Assembly (NCBI GenBank): GCA_963792535.1
Contig: CAWBWQ010000001.1
Coordinates: 128,001 to 192,000, forward strand
From: an uncultured Phycisphaerales bacterium
GTDB lineage: Bacteria > Planctomycetota > Phycisphaerae > Tepidisphaerales > Tepidisphaeraceae
Direction of reading: 5' to 3'
Length of the DNA stretch: 64,000 nucleotides
Every line of letters starts with the position of its first letter. Within the stretch, counting starts at the first letter, position 1. Positions 21,845-32,518 of the stretch are shown here, one piece after another. Below the pieces are notes generated by a model. The model saw only the letters and a list, made by a program, of their open reading frames with translations. It was not told where the DNA came from and made no database searches. The position numbers and the translations under genes are program-made.

Positions 21845-22657
21845 TTAGGGATGTGCATGAAAGATGCGCAAGAATTTACTTTGGAGCGGCCACCGGATGC
21901 CGCCCATCGTCGCGTCGTGTTTCCACATCGCGGGAGTCACAATCGAATTGATTTCAGCAGCGCGGCGGTTTGCCAGTTCCCGCGTGGCGGGAATTGACCG
22001 CTGGGCCACTTCGTCGAGGAACTGCAGCAAGGGTCCTTCCAGCGACTGCTTAGCGGTGTCCGACGCCTGCACGTAGGTAACCAGTTTGGCACCAAGATCT
22101 TTTTTGTCAGTGTCAGACAGGTTCATGTAAATGATACTGATCAAACCGCGCAGCTTATTGACCTGAGCAGGAGGAAGATTCGTCGCGGCCAGACGGGCGT
22201 TGTCATTGACCAGCGCACGGGCAGCGTAGATGGTTTCCTTTACCGAGTCGTCGACAAACGCATAGTTGCCCGTATAGCTGATGATGTGCCAGTTTACCTG
22301 TCCGTTTTGTATCGACGCGTCGATTCTCGCCTGCTCAGTGTGCGCTTCCCACACGTTGGGGCCGCGCGTGCGGATGAACCTGCGCTGGTTGCCGGCGAAA
22401 CTGCCGCGGTTTGCGAGGCGCACACCGGGCCCGCCGTTGGGTCCCTGTCCACCGAACGACGCTGCCGGCGGCTGGGCTCCCGGATCTCCCAGAATTTTGG
22501 ATTCATGCGCGATCGGATCGGTCATCACATACCAGTGTATGATCCACCCACCGCCAGCCAGGCAGATCAGGATTACAGGTATGCTCAACCAGATGGGCAG
22601 AGGCCCGTCATCTCTTTGAACGTTGCTGCTTCCGGAGGTTGTTAATGCGCTTTGCAT
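21845..22657 (-). CDS. Hypothetical single-TM protein
   Basis: N-terminal TM helix; follows the prepilin gene. Confidence 0.65.
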   Translation of the reverse strand: MQSALTTSGSSNVQRDDGPLPIWLSIPVILICLAGGGWIIHWYVMTDPIAHESKILGDPGAQPPAASFGGQGPNGGPGVRLANRGSFAGNQRRFIRTRGPNVWEAHTEQARIDASIQNGQVNWHIISYTGNYAFVDDSVKETIYAARALVNDNARLAATNLPPAQVNKLRGLISIIYMNLSDTDKKDLGAKLVTYVQASDTAKQSLEGPLLQFLDEVAQRSIPATRELANRRAAEINSIVTPAMWKHDATMGGIRWPLQSKFLRIFHAHP

Positions 22658-22678
22658 GGTGGTTCCCTGCTGCGTTTT

Positions 22679-23578
22679 TCAGTTTGTCGACTTGGCGGTC
22701 ATATCGGGAACAATGTCCCAGGGATCGACCTGGTCAGACAGCGCCTGAGGCGGATTATTTTGAGCGTGCATGTCCTTGTACAGATAATTCGACCCTAGTT
22801 TTATGCCGTGTCGAAAGCGTTCCACATGCGTCAGGTTAGCGGTTGTGGGATCGATAGGAAAATCTCCCTGCTCCATGTAGTAATCGTCCTTGATCGATCG
22901 CTTCTCACCGACAAGGACAACGTCCGCATTGGTCTGCTGCCGCGTTGGTGGATTGGAGAAATATTTCAATACCTGATTCTGGTCCTGAACAAGATGCTGG
23001 TTAAACAGATAGGAATGCGCCGCACCCGGCTGGGGATCTTGCGGACAAACCATAATCTTGGGTGTCCATTGCTGGGCAAAAACTCCGGTGGGATCACCTT
23101 GACCTGTAGATGTTTCTTCAGGGATCCACTGCCCCCATTGCGCCTGCGCGGGAACCGGCGAGTATACATCTTTGATGATCCTGGCAGGCCAGCGTTCCCA
23201 TGGATAAACTTCGGTTCCCAATGTCATGTACGAGTTTGCGGTCCCGCCGCCGGATGTGGTGTCCGTCACCGGGCCGGAGTTATGTCCGTAACTGGAATAG
23301 CTTGTAGGTTCAAGAACTGTCAGATCCTGGATCTGCTGCGGACTGCCATCCTGCAGTGGCCCAAGGGGTATCAGCAGACCCCGATTTTCATCGGAATAAA
23401 TCTGCATCGCCAGACCAATCTGCCGCAGATTTGCCAGGCATTTTACCCGGGTTCCCTGCAGGCGGGCCTGCGATAAAGCAGGCAGCAGCAGTCCGATCAG
23501 CGTCGCGATGATGCCGATCACCACCAAAAGCTCTACCAGTGTAAATGCCGATCGGGCTTTGCTTTGAAAGTGTTTCAT
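22679..23578 (-). CDS. Prepilin-type N-terminal cleavage/methylation protein (DUF1559-like)
   Basis: [33 protein letters not shown]...SNYLYKDMH. Confidence 0.9.
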   Translation of the reverse strand: MKHFQSKARSAFTLVELLVVIGIIATLIGLLLPALSQARLQGTRVKCLANLRQIGLAMQIYSDENRGLLIPLGPLQDGSPQQIQDLTVLEPTSYSSYGHNSGPVTDTTSGGGTANSYMTLGTEVYPWERWPARIIKDVYSPVPAQAQWGQWIPEETSTGQGDPTGVFAQQWTPKIMVCPQDPQPGAAHSYLFNQHLVQDQNQVLKYFSNPPTRQQTNADVVLVGEKRSIKDDYYMEQGDFPIDPTTANLTHVERFRHGIKLGSNYLYKDMHAQNNPPQALSDQVDPWDIVPDMTAKSTN

Positions 23579-23693
23579 GTTTAGTCCAACCGCAATCAGA
23601 TTTCCCCTGGCTCATTTCTAATACGCCTGCAGGGCTGCATTGTTGCGGCTACCCCTCGATACTTTTACACAGGCCGCCCGGTACGATAGGTGT

Positions 23694-25271
23694 GTGAAGT
23701 CTGATCGGAATCACCCGCTCCCGCAAGCCCCCGCGGTCGTCCATCCGGGCCTGCCTGCCTTAATTTCCGCTGCTGTCGCGTTTTTGCTGTACGTGGTTAC
23801 GCTGCATGGGACCTACGTTTACGATGACCTGAACATCGTTCGCGACGATCCCCGGCTTCACCATCCCGGGCAATGGGTTCAGCTTTGGACGACGGACTAT
23901 TTTAACGGCGGGGCCGATAATTTATATCGCCCGCTGATTTCGAGCAGCTACGCGATCGAATGGTATCTGCACGGCGACAGGCCCTGGGTTTTTCATCTGG
24001 TCAATATCCTGCTGCACGCTTTGGTGTCAGCCGGGGTCGCGGAATTTACCCGGCGGGTGTGTGCCGCTTCATCGCGCGCGTTTTCCGCAGCGCTATGTGC
24101 CGGGCTGTTGTTTGCCGTTCATCCGGTTCATGTCGAAGCGGTATCTAATATCGTCGGTCGCGCTGAACTCGCCTGCACGGCGGGAATTGTGGCGGCACTG
24201 ATTCTCCTAGCCGGAAAGCCTCTTACCACCGGTCGGGCGATCGCGGTTGTGGGAGTCGCGATGATTGCTGTGCTGTGTAAAGAGCAGGGGGTTCTACAAC
24301 CGCTGCTCTGGTTATTTTTCGGCTTATCGTTCTGGAGATTTGCAGGTGCCCCGGATATCGAGCGGCGACATCTTCAGATTTTTATCCTTATCACCTGCTG
24401 GACCTGGGCCTGTTATCTGATCGGTCGGGAGCGGCTTCTTAAATTTGAATGGGACAGAAGCTTCCTCGACTTTTCAGTGCAGCCCATGGTTTTGAGCACG
24501 GGGCTCGATCGCGTCCTGATGCCTGTGGTTCTGCTGGGCCGTTACACCGCATTGCTGGTCTGGCCCGCGCACCTCTCGCCGGATTACAGCGGGGAAGTGA
24601 TCGGTCATATCGTGCGATACGCCGACCCGTTCTTGTGGCTGGGATTTTTCAGCATCATCACCTGGGTCACCGCCGCCTGCTGGTCCATCATCACCAGGAG
24701 GCATGTGGTTACGTTTTGCCTGCTGTGCCTGGCTGCAACCTACGGGATGATCGGCAATATTATCACGTTGATCGGCACTATCTTCGCCGAGCGACTGCTC
24801 TACCTGCCATCCGTCTTTTTTGTGATGCTGGTCGGGATCATGTTGGCGTGCGTTCCGATTAAACCGCGTGTGATATTGATGTCGATTGCAGTGGCGCTGG
24901 GCGGATTTAGCAGTTTCACCGCTGCACGCGATTGGAATCATCCGATGACTTTATTTCAAAAAGCGTTGGCGTCGCATCCCGACGCATTTCAGCTGCATCT
25001 GCTGATCGCGCAGGAATATCACACGCAGGGCAACGATTCTGCAGCCGAGCAGGTGATGAGCAGCGCCACCGCGCGTTTTCCAAATTACTGGCAAGCCTGG
25101 ATGCATCGCGCCGATCGCGAGATGGATGCCGGCAACTTGGACCAGGCTGCAAAATGCCTGCAGATCGCACAGAAAATTGAAGCAAGTCCGCTGCTGCTCG
25201 CTCCAGAATCCCGCCTGGCTGGTCTTCAAGCCGCAAAACAAGCCGGTTCCCGACCGGCAACGATGAGATAA
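23694..25271 (+). CDS. TMTC-like GT-C protein O-mannosyltransferase with TPRs
   Basis: YDD, YRPL, FHLVNILLH, LFAVHPVHVEAV..IVGRAE, KEQG, AERLLYLPS. Confidence 0.85.
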   Translation: MKSDRNHPLPQAPAVVHPGLPALISAAVAFLLYVVTLHGTYVYDDLNIVRDDPRLHHPGQWVQLWTTDYFNGGADNLYRPLISSSYAIEWYLHGDRPWVFHLVNILLHALVSAGVAEFTRRVCAASSRAFSAALCAGLLFAVHPVHVEAVSNIVGRAELACTAGIVAALILLAGKPLTTGRAIAVVGVAMIAVLCKEQGVLQPLLWLFFGLSFWRFAGAPDIERRHLQIFILITCWTWACYLIGRERLLKFEWDRSFLDFSVQPMVLSTGLDRVLMPVVLLGRYTALLVWPAHLSPDYSGEVIGHIVRYADPFLWLGFFSIITWVTAACWSIITRRHVVTFCLLCLAATYGMIGNIITLIGTIFAERLLYLPSVFFVMLVGIMLACVPIKPRVILMSIAVALGGFSSFTAARDWNHPMTLFQKALASHPDAFQLHLLIAQEYHTQGNDSAAEQVMSSATARFPNYWQAWMHRADREMDAGNLDQAAKCLQIAQKIEASPLLLAPESRLAGLQAAKQAGSRPATMR

Positions 25272-25273
25272 AT

Positions 25274-26146
25274 TTACTTGACCACTTGAAAAAGTGCATT
25301 GGAAAATGGGCCAAACCAACCCACACCCGCCGCCTTGACCTGCGCGGTTGTCAGTCCGTAAGACTCGTTTGAAAATGTCATTCCCTCAGCCGTCACATGC
25401 CCATCCGCCCAGGCAACATTCGCGCGACCGTGATGACGAAAATGAATGGAAGGATACGGAGCGGGATTGAAATCGTCAGGCGGCTTCGCAGCGCCTGCGG
25501 TAATTTGCGACCAGGGGGGTTCGCAAAAAGAATACTCCGCCACCACGGCGGCTGAACCCACCGGTTGGGCGATGCCGGCATCGGTGAACATCACCGTGTT
25601 GCTCGCGTGCAGCATCTGGCATATTTTCGCCGCGTGGGTGCACGCGTCGGGCAGCTGTGGATAGAGATCGTATCGACCGCCGATGTAAGTTCCGTTGTAA
25701 CCGTACCCGCCGCAGCCGGCTTCGAAATTGTTGCCTGTGGCAATGCCCTGCGACGGATCAAACGAAGGACAATTTTTTACCCGCCCGGTCGGCCCGAGAT
25801 AAGCGGCAAGCGGGCCCCGCGCGGGGTCGAACGGTTCATTGGCGGCACTTCGCACGCCGTGCCAACGGTAATACCCCGCCTGAGCGCCTTCGCCGGGCAA
25901 TTCATTAAAAATATCCGCAGCGGCAAGCACGCAAAGTGAATGGTTGTCGCCGGCATAAAGCAGATTCGCGATCGTCAGCTGGCGAATATTGGAACAGCAA
26001 ACCAGTTGTTCCGACTGCTGGCGAGCCCGCGACAGTGCCGGCAACAGCAAAGCAATCAGTATCGCAATGATTCCGATCACGACCAGTAATTCCACCAGGG
26101 AAAACCCGGCGTTGCGCTGCGATTGACGATGGGTGTTGGTTATCAC
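25274..26146 (-). CDS. Prepilin-type protein with H-X9-DG domain
   Basis: [41 protein letters not shown]; overlaps upstream stop. Confidence 0.92.
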   Translation of the reverse strand: MITNTHRQSQRNAGFSLVELLVVIGIIAILIALLLPALSRARQQSEQLVCCSNIRQLTIANLLYAGDNHSLCVLAAADIFNELPGEGAQAGYYRWHGVRSAANEPFDPARGPLAAYLGPTGRVKNCPSFDPSQGIATGNNFEAGCGGYGYNGTYIGGRYDLYPQLPDACTHAAKICQMLHASNTVMFTDAGIAQPVGSAAVVAEYSFCEPPWSQITAGAAKPPDDFNPAPYPSIHFRHHGRANVAWADGHVTAEGMTFSNESYGLTTAQVKAAGVGWFGPFSNALFQVVK

Positions 26147-28068
26147 GATTGCCGCCCCCCGCGTTTTCCGCGCACCGTCAAAAGTGCAGCGATCGATGCA
26201 ATCAGTCCCAGCCCGGCGGGTTCGGGAACGCTGTTTTCAGCGGCGATCTGCGACGTGATTGCTACATCGGGATTGGCAATGCCCGAACTGAAGGACGCGC
26301 CTTGGGTGTTAAATGCATTGTCGATCAGGGTGTAATCGCTGCCGTCGATCGTGCCGTCATAATTAAAATCACCGTTTTGCCAGCCGGTCCGGTGCTGAAG
26401 CATTCCATTGTCGATCAGGCTGTAATCCGAGCCGTCCACATGCCCATCGAGATTGGCGTCGCCGACATAGGTGAATCTGACGAGCACGTCGCTGGCGGTC
26501 AGGTTCAAACCGGTAGTGCCGTCAAAGGTGGACGAATAAACCGCATTTCCCTGGCCCGACACATTCAGCACGATACCGAGCGAGGTCAGATGCGATGGGG
26601 AAAACTCGGCGCTCGAACTGGTTATGCCAGTGCTTCCGTTCCACCCAAGTTGGTTAGCGCCGGATGCTATGTCAGCTGTAATAGTTGCCAGATTACCGTT
26701 GTGCAGAACCAGGCCGTTATTTCCCAGATCCAGCTTGCCAACGGCAGCGCCGCTTCGCGGTGGATCCAGATTGAGACTCGTCAGCGTTAGAAGCCCGGTG
26801 TTATTGTCCATAACCACGCTCGCGCCGGCCGCGATCGTAAGGGCGGTGCCCACCGGAAGAGCGCCGCTCACCGCGAGTTCAACGGTTCCACCGTTTACCA
26901 CCGTGATCCCGGTATAAGAATTTACGGTTGCCAGCGTCAGCTTCTGAGTGCCGGTTTTCACGAGCCCCGTAGTGCCGGTGATGCCCCCGGTTCCCGTGAT
27001 GGTAAAGCTCCCCGTGCTGTTATTCACCGTGACCGCGCCGGGCGAAACCAGACTATTCAGTACGATCGTCTGGTTATGTGTGACAATGCTGTTGTCGAGC
27101 GTGACGGCGTTTCCATCCTGATACCCCACACCCGTCTGATTCCAGTTGCTGCCGCCGGTCCATGTGCCGGTTGCGCCGGCATTGCTCCATTTCAGGATCG
27201 TATAACCCGACCCGGCCTGATCGTTTAAAACACCGACGCCCGCCAGGCAAAATCCTTCCGACCCCACCTGCGATGGTGCCGCAAAAGGACTGTTGATGAC
27301 ATCGCCTTTCGAATCATATGTGGCAAACGCCGGCGCGATATCTCCTGTCACACTGAGAAAACGGACAGCAGTGATAGCGTTTACGTTCAGCAGCGGTGAA
27401 ACCGTTGCCAGTTCACTCAAATCAAAAGGCGTTCCCCACCCCACGGGATCTTTTCCAGCCAGGTCATACAAATTCGTCGGATCGACCTCACCAAAGCTGC
27501 CCACCTGGGTGGCGGTCTGGGTTAACGATACAGACGGAAACTGAAAGAAATTGACTCCGTTGGAGCTCACCTCCACCAGCGCCGGCTTGACCCATTCCTG
27601 GCTGCCTGTGGAAAAACCGTTTCCAAAGACCGCAAAATCAGCACCCGGTCCATCGATGATTGGCTGACTGAAACTGAGTGTGGCGGTCCCGTTCTGCCCG
27701 AGAGCGACCGCATCGCTGGTTGACTGCGGTTGCGCCGGCATTCCCACCGGCGCGGTGTTGGCAGTTGAGCTTCCGGTGGCCGCCATGGATGCACCATCGG
27801 AACCGCCGTAAAAAGCATAATTCAAGGGGCCGTTCGGATCGGATGCGTAAAACGTGGGGTTTGCCACGTAGCGCAGCCCGCGCACCACCGTTGCCCCAGA
27901 AGCCCACTCGATCAAACTCGAACTGCTTGCCTGCACCGCGGGTGATCCGGTTTGCGAACCAACCGGCACGTAAGGTCCCGCTTGCACGATCGAGCAGTGC
28001 AATACCATTGCCGAGGCAATGCCACCGGTCATGATTCCCGTTTTTCGCCAATGCATAAGACCATCCAT
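26143..28068 (-). CDS. PEP-CTERM surface protein: BtuH-like domain, autotransporter-type beta strand, dockerin-like repeat
   Basis: VALGQNG..LSF...[54 protein letters not shown]+TM+basic tail. Confidence 0.8.
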   Translation of the reverse strand: MDGLMHWRKTGIMTGGIASAMVLHCSIVQAGPYVPVGSQTGSPAVQASSSSLIEWASGATVVRGLRYVANPTFYASDPNGPLNYAFYGGSDGASMAATGSSTANTAPVGMPAQPQSTSDAVALGQNGTATLSFSQPIIDGPGADFAVFGNGFSTGSQEWVKPALVEVSSNGVNFFQFPSVSLTQTATQVGSFGEVDPTNLYDLAGKDPVGWGTPFDLSELATVSPLLNVNAITAVRFLSVTGDIAPAFATYDSKGDVINSPFAAPSQVGSEGFCLAGVGVLNDQAGSGYTILKWSNAGATGTWTGGSNWNQTGVGYQDGNAVTLDNSIVTHNQTIVLNSLVSPGAVTVNNSTGSFTITGTGGITGTTGLVKTGTQKLTLATVNSYTGITVVNGGTVELAVSGALPVGTALTIAAGASVVMDNNTGLLTLTSLNLDPPRSGAAVGKLDLGNNGLVLHNGNLATITADIASGANQLGWNGSTGITSSSAEFSPSHLTSLGIVLNVSGQGNAVYSSTFDGTTGLNLTASDVLVRFTYVGDANLDGHVDGSDYSLIDNGMLQHRTGWQNGDFNYDGTIDGSDYTLIDNAFNTQGASFSSGIANPDVAITSQIAAENSVPEPAGLGLIASIAALLTVRGKRGGRQS

Positions 28069-28120
28069 GTCCCGCCCCCGTGATGGTGAAGGCTGCTGCC
28101 CAAGGCGCAGTCAATGTGAA

Positions 28121-28900
28121 TCAACCAACAACCGCCGCGCAGCGCCGCCGCCTGCCCAGGCCTATTGCACCGGCGGCAGCAAGAAGTCCGAGGCTCGTCG
28201 GTTCGGGCACTGATGTCAGATTGTCCAGCGCGACATACTCCGGGGTGTTGATTCCAAATTTCCCCACATCGCTTGACGCAAAACTCAGGCTGATCGAACT
28301 CGCGGAGTTGAGCGGGGACAGGTCGACCGGTGTCCACTGATTCACAATGTAATCCTTGGCATTATCACTAAACCGATAATCCGCCAGATAAAATGTGACT
28401 GCACCCGTGGTGGAACCTGTAGCATCCTCACCGGAATAACCTGTCAGCGTCACATCGAAAAAGTCCGGATCGTTCCCCGATGCTCCACCAAATTTCTTGG
28501 CGAAACTATCGCCGTTCTTCATCGATAAACCGGCGTAGGTTGTGTTGGTCAGTTCCACCGATCCGGGCCTTTGCCCGGCGGGCAGGTCTATCACCGACGA
28601 CGGATATGCCACCGCATAAATAGTTCCCGGAGCAACGGCACCACCGGCGTAGGACGCATATTGATTGCCGTAACCGGGCGTTGTGACATCGGCTACATTG
28701 GAGTAACTGAACCCGTTCCACGAGCCATAGGTCGAATCGAAGGTGTTATTAAACGAGATGCCGTGGCTCGAGAATGCGGTGTCATTTGAATAAGTGTTGG
28801 CACCGGGGAGGGAAAGATCTGAAAAATCCGCAACATTGCCGCGCACGGTCACACAGGTGCAACCGATTCCAGCAAGACCAAACAGAATAAAACGACGCAT
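28121..28900 (-). CDS. DUF4465 domain PEP-CTERM protein
   Basis: SWNGFSYSN, TNTTYAGLSMKNGDSFAKKFGG, FYLADYR, W.PVDLS.L, SSD.G..G.NTP.Y.ALDN; VPEPTS. Confidence 0.9.
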   Translation of the reverse strand: MRRFILFGLAGIGCTCVTVRGNVADFSDLSLPGANTYSNDTAFSSHGISFNNTFDSTYGSWNGFSYSNVADVTTPGYGNQYASYAGGAVAPGTIYAVAYPSSVIDLPAGQRPGSVELTNTTYAGLSMKNGDSFAKKFGGASGNDPDFFDVTLTGYSGEDATGSTTGAVTFYLADYRFSDNAKDYIVNQWTPVDLSPLNSASSISLSFASSDVGKFGINTPEYVALDNLTSVPEPTSLGLLAAAGAIGLGRRRRCAAVVG

Positions 28901-28940
28901 GAGTGCTCCAATCATTCGGTCAGCTCGCGTGACCAATGAG

Positions 28941-28989
28941 AAACCCTCGGCCTTGCGCCGCAAAGGATGCGGAGGAAGGCCGAGGGTTT
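28941..28989 (-). terminator. Putative attenuator hairpin in the riboswitch leader
   Basis: 14-bp stem AAACCCTCGGCCTT/AAGGCCGAGGGTTT about 40 nt before the start codon. Confidence 0.5.
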
Positions 28990-29147
28990 GAAAGCGCCAA
29001 CGAAATGCCGCATGCCGGTTGATCCGCCCGTCGATTCAATCGAGGAAAGACCAGAAACCGCGCAAGCTGCGTCTGCAGGATCTTGAACCCGGGCCGTCCC
29101 ATTTCGCGAGGACGAATCCGATTGGCCTGATGAACAAACATCAGGCT

Positions 29148-29300
29148 CGCACCTGCGAGCCGGTCTTCTGGCTCGGGACACCCTCGATCGCCTTCCCACC
29201 GGGTTAACCGGCAGTGGCCAGATGGATCGAGGGAAATGAATCCCTTACAGCGGCGCGTCCGCGTCGGATTTCCACCGACTTCCCTACGCCCGCAGGTGAT
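29148..29300 (-). ncRNA. Cobalamin riboswitch
   Basis: Minus strand: AGGGAAGTCGGTGGAAATCCGAC..CCGCTGTAA..GCCACTG..GGGAAGGC..GAGCCAGAAGACC, closed by CACCTGCG/CGCAGGTG. Confidence 0.93.
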
Positions 29301-29306
29301 GCGTCG

Positions 29307-29334
29307 AATCTACAGGTTTAAATCCCAACGTCAA
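29307..29334 (-). promoter_or_regulatory. Putative promoter of the riboswitch leader
   Basis: TTGACG-16 nt-TAGATT immediately 5' of the P1 stem. Confidence 0.5.
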
Positions 29335-29558
29335 TCAATCGCCTTTGCGTTTCTGCCTTAGGCTCAATCGAATAACATCAATGCGCACATAAACGCCACT
29401 AAATGCGCAAGCATATCGAACATAAATGCTGGAATAAAAGGGGCTTTCCGCCGATCCCACGCTACTTACGCCGAATTAAGCCCCTCAGCTGACGCGAAAC
29501 AAACTGGCGTTACATCTATTTTCGGCTATAACTACATTATCAATCAAAGGTTGCATCA

Positions 29559-29595
29559 GGGAAAACTTCATTCAATGTGGATGTCACCTTTTCCC
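29559..29595. repeat. REP-like repeat, class 3 (TGGATGTCACCTT)
   Basis: Shares GGGAAA(A)CTTCA.TCAATG and TGGATGTCACCTT with 31301..31381. Confidence 0.6.
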
Positions 29596-29784
29596 GGTCC
29601 TAAGACAAAGCTCCAGAGATGATGCAGGGATACCAACAACGGGGATGTTCAGCCAGTCATCATGCATTTGCGGAGGGCCGTGGGTGTGCCGGTATTATTT
29701 CATCACAGCCGACGTGAGGAGCAACGGTCCAACCGCAATGTGTCGGAAGTAGCGAACGGCTGTCCCGATGAATGGCAATTCCAT
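29596..29784 (-). pseudogene. Possible MauE/DoxX-like remnant
   Basis: Manual translation ..GPLLLTSAVMK*..SLELCL, ending at the repeat. Confidence 0.3.
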
Positions 29785-29819
29785 CACAGTTTTGATTTGG
29801 ATTGTTGTCCAAAAGTCTC

Positions 29820-30704
29820 TCATTTTCCGAATATGATCGGCTTATTCGGTTCCTCAATGCCAAAAGCTTTCAAGGTAAATTGATCCTCGGGCAGTTCGAC
29901 AAATTCGAGTTTAGTGACATCGTCTGTCACCTCGTCTTCGACCCGATCTCCTGGCCTGACTCGCCAAGATTTTACCTGCGATACCTTCGGGACCGGCTGC
30001 ATTTCGCTATACTTGACCCGCCCCTCACCGGTAAGGTTGCGATCCGTCTGTTCCGCTGAGGTATCATCGTGCCGAAAGGTGAAACGGTAGCTTACCACAG
30101 CCCATGTATTAGGCTCGAAGCAGATGTAACCCTCTTCAGTCCGACGCTCCGGCAGATGTTTCAAATACTCGATCTTTATGACCTTTTGTTTGTCAACAAC
30201 ATCAATCCGTGCCGACTGCCAGTGTATCGCCGTATCGGCCAACATATCCGGCACTGAAGTTGTCATACGACAGTATGCGGCGGCGAGCGGAGCGAGGTTA
30301 AGCCGAGCGTTGACTAAGAAATCCGCTTGTGGACCGAACTGATCAACCGTGAATCCTTGAACTCCTTCCAGCCGATGCATTCCAAAATACTTCTCCGCAG
30401 TTCCACCAAACGCGAAAACCGACCCCGCTGGCAATCTCGATTCGTTGGACTCAAGCATCGTGTCTAAATCTCGGATCGCTTTTTCACGCCAAGCGATTTC
30501 GAATGACTTGCGCCACAAAAGCTTTCCGTTTGCGTCAGTTACTATGTGGACTCCATATGCTCGAGAATGCGAGTAGGCGTTCTGTAACTTTGTCAAAGCC
30601 TTTGGACACTGCGTCCTGAAATCATCGAGCAAGGCCGCGCGCACTTGCCCAACCGCAAAATAAAACATCAATGAGGCTGAAAACACGAAGAGCACGCGAC
30701 TCAT
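29820..30704 (-). CDS. Secreted hypothetical protein
   Basis: AGGAGG RBS, signal peptide, long ORF. Confidence 0.7.
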   Translation of the reverse strand: MSRVLFVFSASLMFYFAVGQVRAALLDDFRTQCPKALTKLQNAYSHSRAYGVHIVTDANGKLLWRKSFEIAWREKAIRDLDTMLESNESRLPAGSVFAFGGTAEKYFGMHRLEGVQGFTVDQFGPQADFLVNARLNLAPLAAAYCRMTTSVPDMLADTAIHWQSARIDVVDKQKVIKIEYLKHLPERRTEEGYICFEPNTWAVVSYRFTFRHDDTSAEQTDRNLTGEGRVKYSEMQPVPKVSQVKSWRVRPGDRVEDEVTDDVTKLEFVELPEDQFTLKAFGIEEPNKPIIFGK

Positions 30705-30822
30705 AACGCCTCCTGTTAAAGCATGGCAAATCAGATTTCGCTGAGGATTGCTGAAGTTCTGTGAAAGGAAGGCCGCATGAGCCATGGATGAATTGTTTGA
30801 CCTTACAGCGTTACGCAAAGCC

Positions 30823-31209
30823 CTAGCCGCCCTTGTTCTTCCCCTTTTTCAGTGTCGGAATCGACGAACACTCGGGACACCGATCTGGTGTACCCCGAAG
30901 ATCATAACCGCATACTATGCAGCAACCAGCCATACACCGCTTCTGCGCCATCCTTCTTTGGCTAAAAACGTTTACCACAGAGTAAATTGGTAGAACTAAG
31001 AATATGATCAACAATGCTTTGATACTGAGTTCCCAATAACTGCCATCCGAATAATCAATGACGGAAATAAACTCGTATGAATGATGTACCAGCCAGCGGT
31101 GCTTGTCTCCGAACGTAAATTCCCATTCGGGCGAATAAATTAACCAAACTGTAGCGGCGCTTGCGGCACATAAAACTATATTAGTCCAAAACCAAGACCT
31201 GCTTGACAT
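30823..31209 (-). CDS. Membrane protein with C-terminal zinc ribbon
   Basis: Two TM helices; CIVCGYDLRGTPDRCPEC; AGGAG RBS; low GC. Confidence 0.8.
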   Translation of the reverse strand: MSSRSWFWTNIVLCAASAATVWLIYSPEWEFTFGDKHRWLVHHSYEFISVIDYSDGSYWELSIKALLIIFLVLPIYSVVNVFSQRRMAQKRCMAGCCIVCGYDLRGTPDRCPECSSIPTLKKGKNKGG

Positions 31210-31269
31210 ACAGAATTCTCCTTAAGTCATGGAGTTTGAATTTGCGTGTGCGTCAGGTCATTAACATCA

Positions 31270-31381
31270 GGGCGATGCAAAGGGGACGGGGCGATGCAAA
31301 GGGAAACTTCAATCAATGCGGCGGGAACCCGTAAGCTAAAAAGGCGATATCCATTAAAAACGACGATGGATGTCACCTTCT
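31270..31381. repeat. REP-like cluster: tandem GGGCGATGCAAAGGG plus class-3 hairpin
   Basis: GGGCGATGCAAAGGG twice; AAGGCGATATCCAT...ATGGATGTCACCTT imperfect inverted repeat. Confidence 0.65.
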
Positions 31382-31748
31382 CAGCTCCCCTTGACATCAA
31401 CCCGAATCCCTAGCTTCGTCGTAGCGTCCAAATTTCCGTCACTTGTGATCACAATGATCTCTTTATCGAGTTCCCCAATCGTGCTACCCAGGTCGACTTT
31501 GAACTTGAGTGAGCCTGATTCCCCGGGCAAGTATGTTTTCTGTTTCAGCTCCGCTAGCACGCAACTAGAAGACGGCCTGACCTCCTTGATGATAATAGGT
31601 CTATCCGACGGGTTTTTGAAGTGAAATACCGCAGCACAGCTGCTGTCGGAAGCCGCCGCTGAAAGCGAGATTACCGGACTGACCCAATCCAACTTTACGC
31701 CAGCGTGACTGTCAGCAAGAAACTGTCGAACGGCTTGAACATGGATAT
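31381..31748 (-). pseudogene. DUF1573 domain protein, 5'-truncated
   Basis: FHFKNPSDRPIIIKEVRPSSSC..Y.PGESG.L; no native start, abuts the REP array. Confidence 0.7.
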
Positions 31749-31822
31749 GGGCGATCAAAGGGGTCGGGGCGATCAAAGGGGTCGGGGGCGATCAAAGGGG
31801 TCGGGAGGTCGGGAGTCTTTGA
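31749..31822. repeat. REP-like class-1 tandem array at RAYT 3' end
   Basis: 3x GGGCGATCAAAGGGGTCG followed by GGGAGGTCGGGAGTCTTTGA. Confidence 0.9.
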
Positions 31823-32495
31823 TGGGCCGCACCCTTTGTCGGCCTCGCGGCCGCAACGTCGACTCCAGCCCCAGCGCCCTGGCGGTTCGCTTTTGCCATC
31901 GCTCATCTCCAAACGGACAGCCTCGCTTGATGCTTTGCTGGAGTGCCTCCAACTCCGCGGTCGTCTGAACGCGGTTTACCCACTCGATCCAGTCTTGCGG
32001 CGGTTCAACCGGCCACCGGTCCATCGGCAACAGCCACGGCGGCAGTTCACCTGCTCGTTTGGCGAGGCTGCTCCACGGCCAGCGAGCGGCCGATCTGACC
32101 AGATTGGCCCGCAGCGGATTTCGCTCCGCGTAACGGCAAACCACCAGGCAGTGCTCATCGCGCTGAATCGGAAAACTCTTGAATCGCCCCTGATATAGCG
32201 GACCAGTTCCAGCCGAGTGATGATGCGCATGCCAGCGCTGGGTGTGGGTGACGGTCAGCAGCCGCATGAACTCGCTCAATTGGCCATCCTCCCTGGGCCA
32301 AAGAACCAGATGCCAGTGATTGGGCATCAGGCAATAGCTGACAATGCGCATCGGCCATCGCTTGACGGTTCGCTCGACAACCCGCTCGAAAGCCAGGTAA
32401 TCCTCGCTATCCTCAAATATGGTCCCCCGTCCAACCGCCCGGTTGAGCACGTGGTAAACAATTCCGCCGGCGGAAGTCCTGAGACGTCGAGGCAT
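31773..32495 (-). mobile_element. REP-associated tyrosine transposase (RAYT, HUH/Y1 family)
   Basis: MPR..R....G..YHVLNR, YCLMPNHWHL, QGRFKS, YAERNP.RA, WPWSS; flanked by inverted REPs. Confidence 0.92.
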
Positions 32496-32518
32496 GGCAT
32501 GAAGAATACCGACGAACC

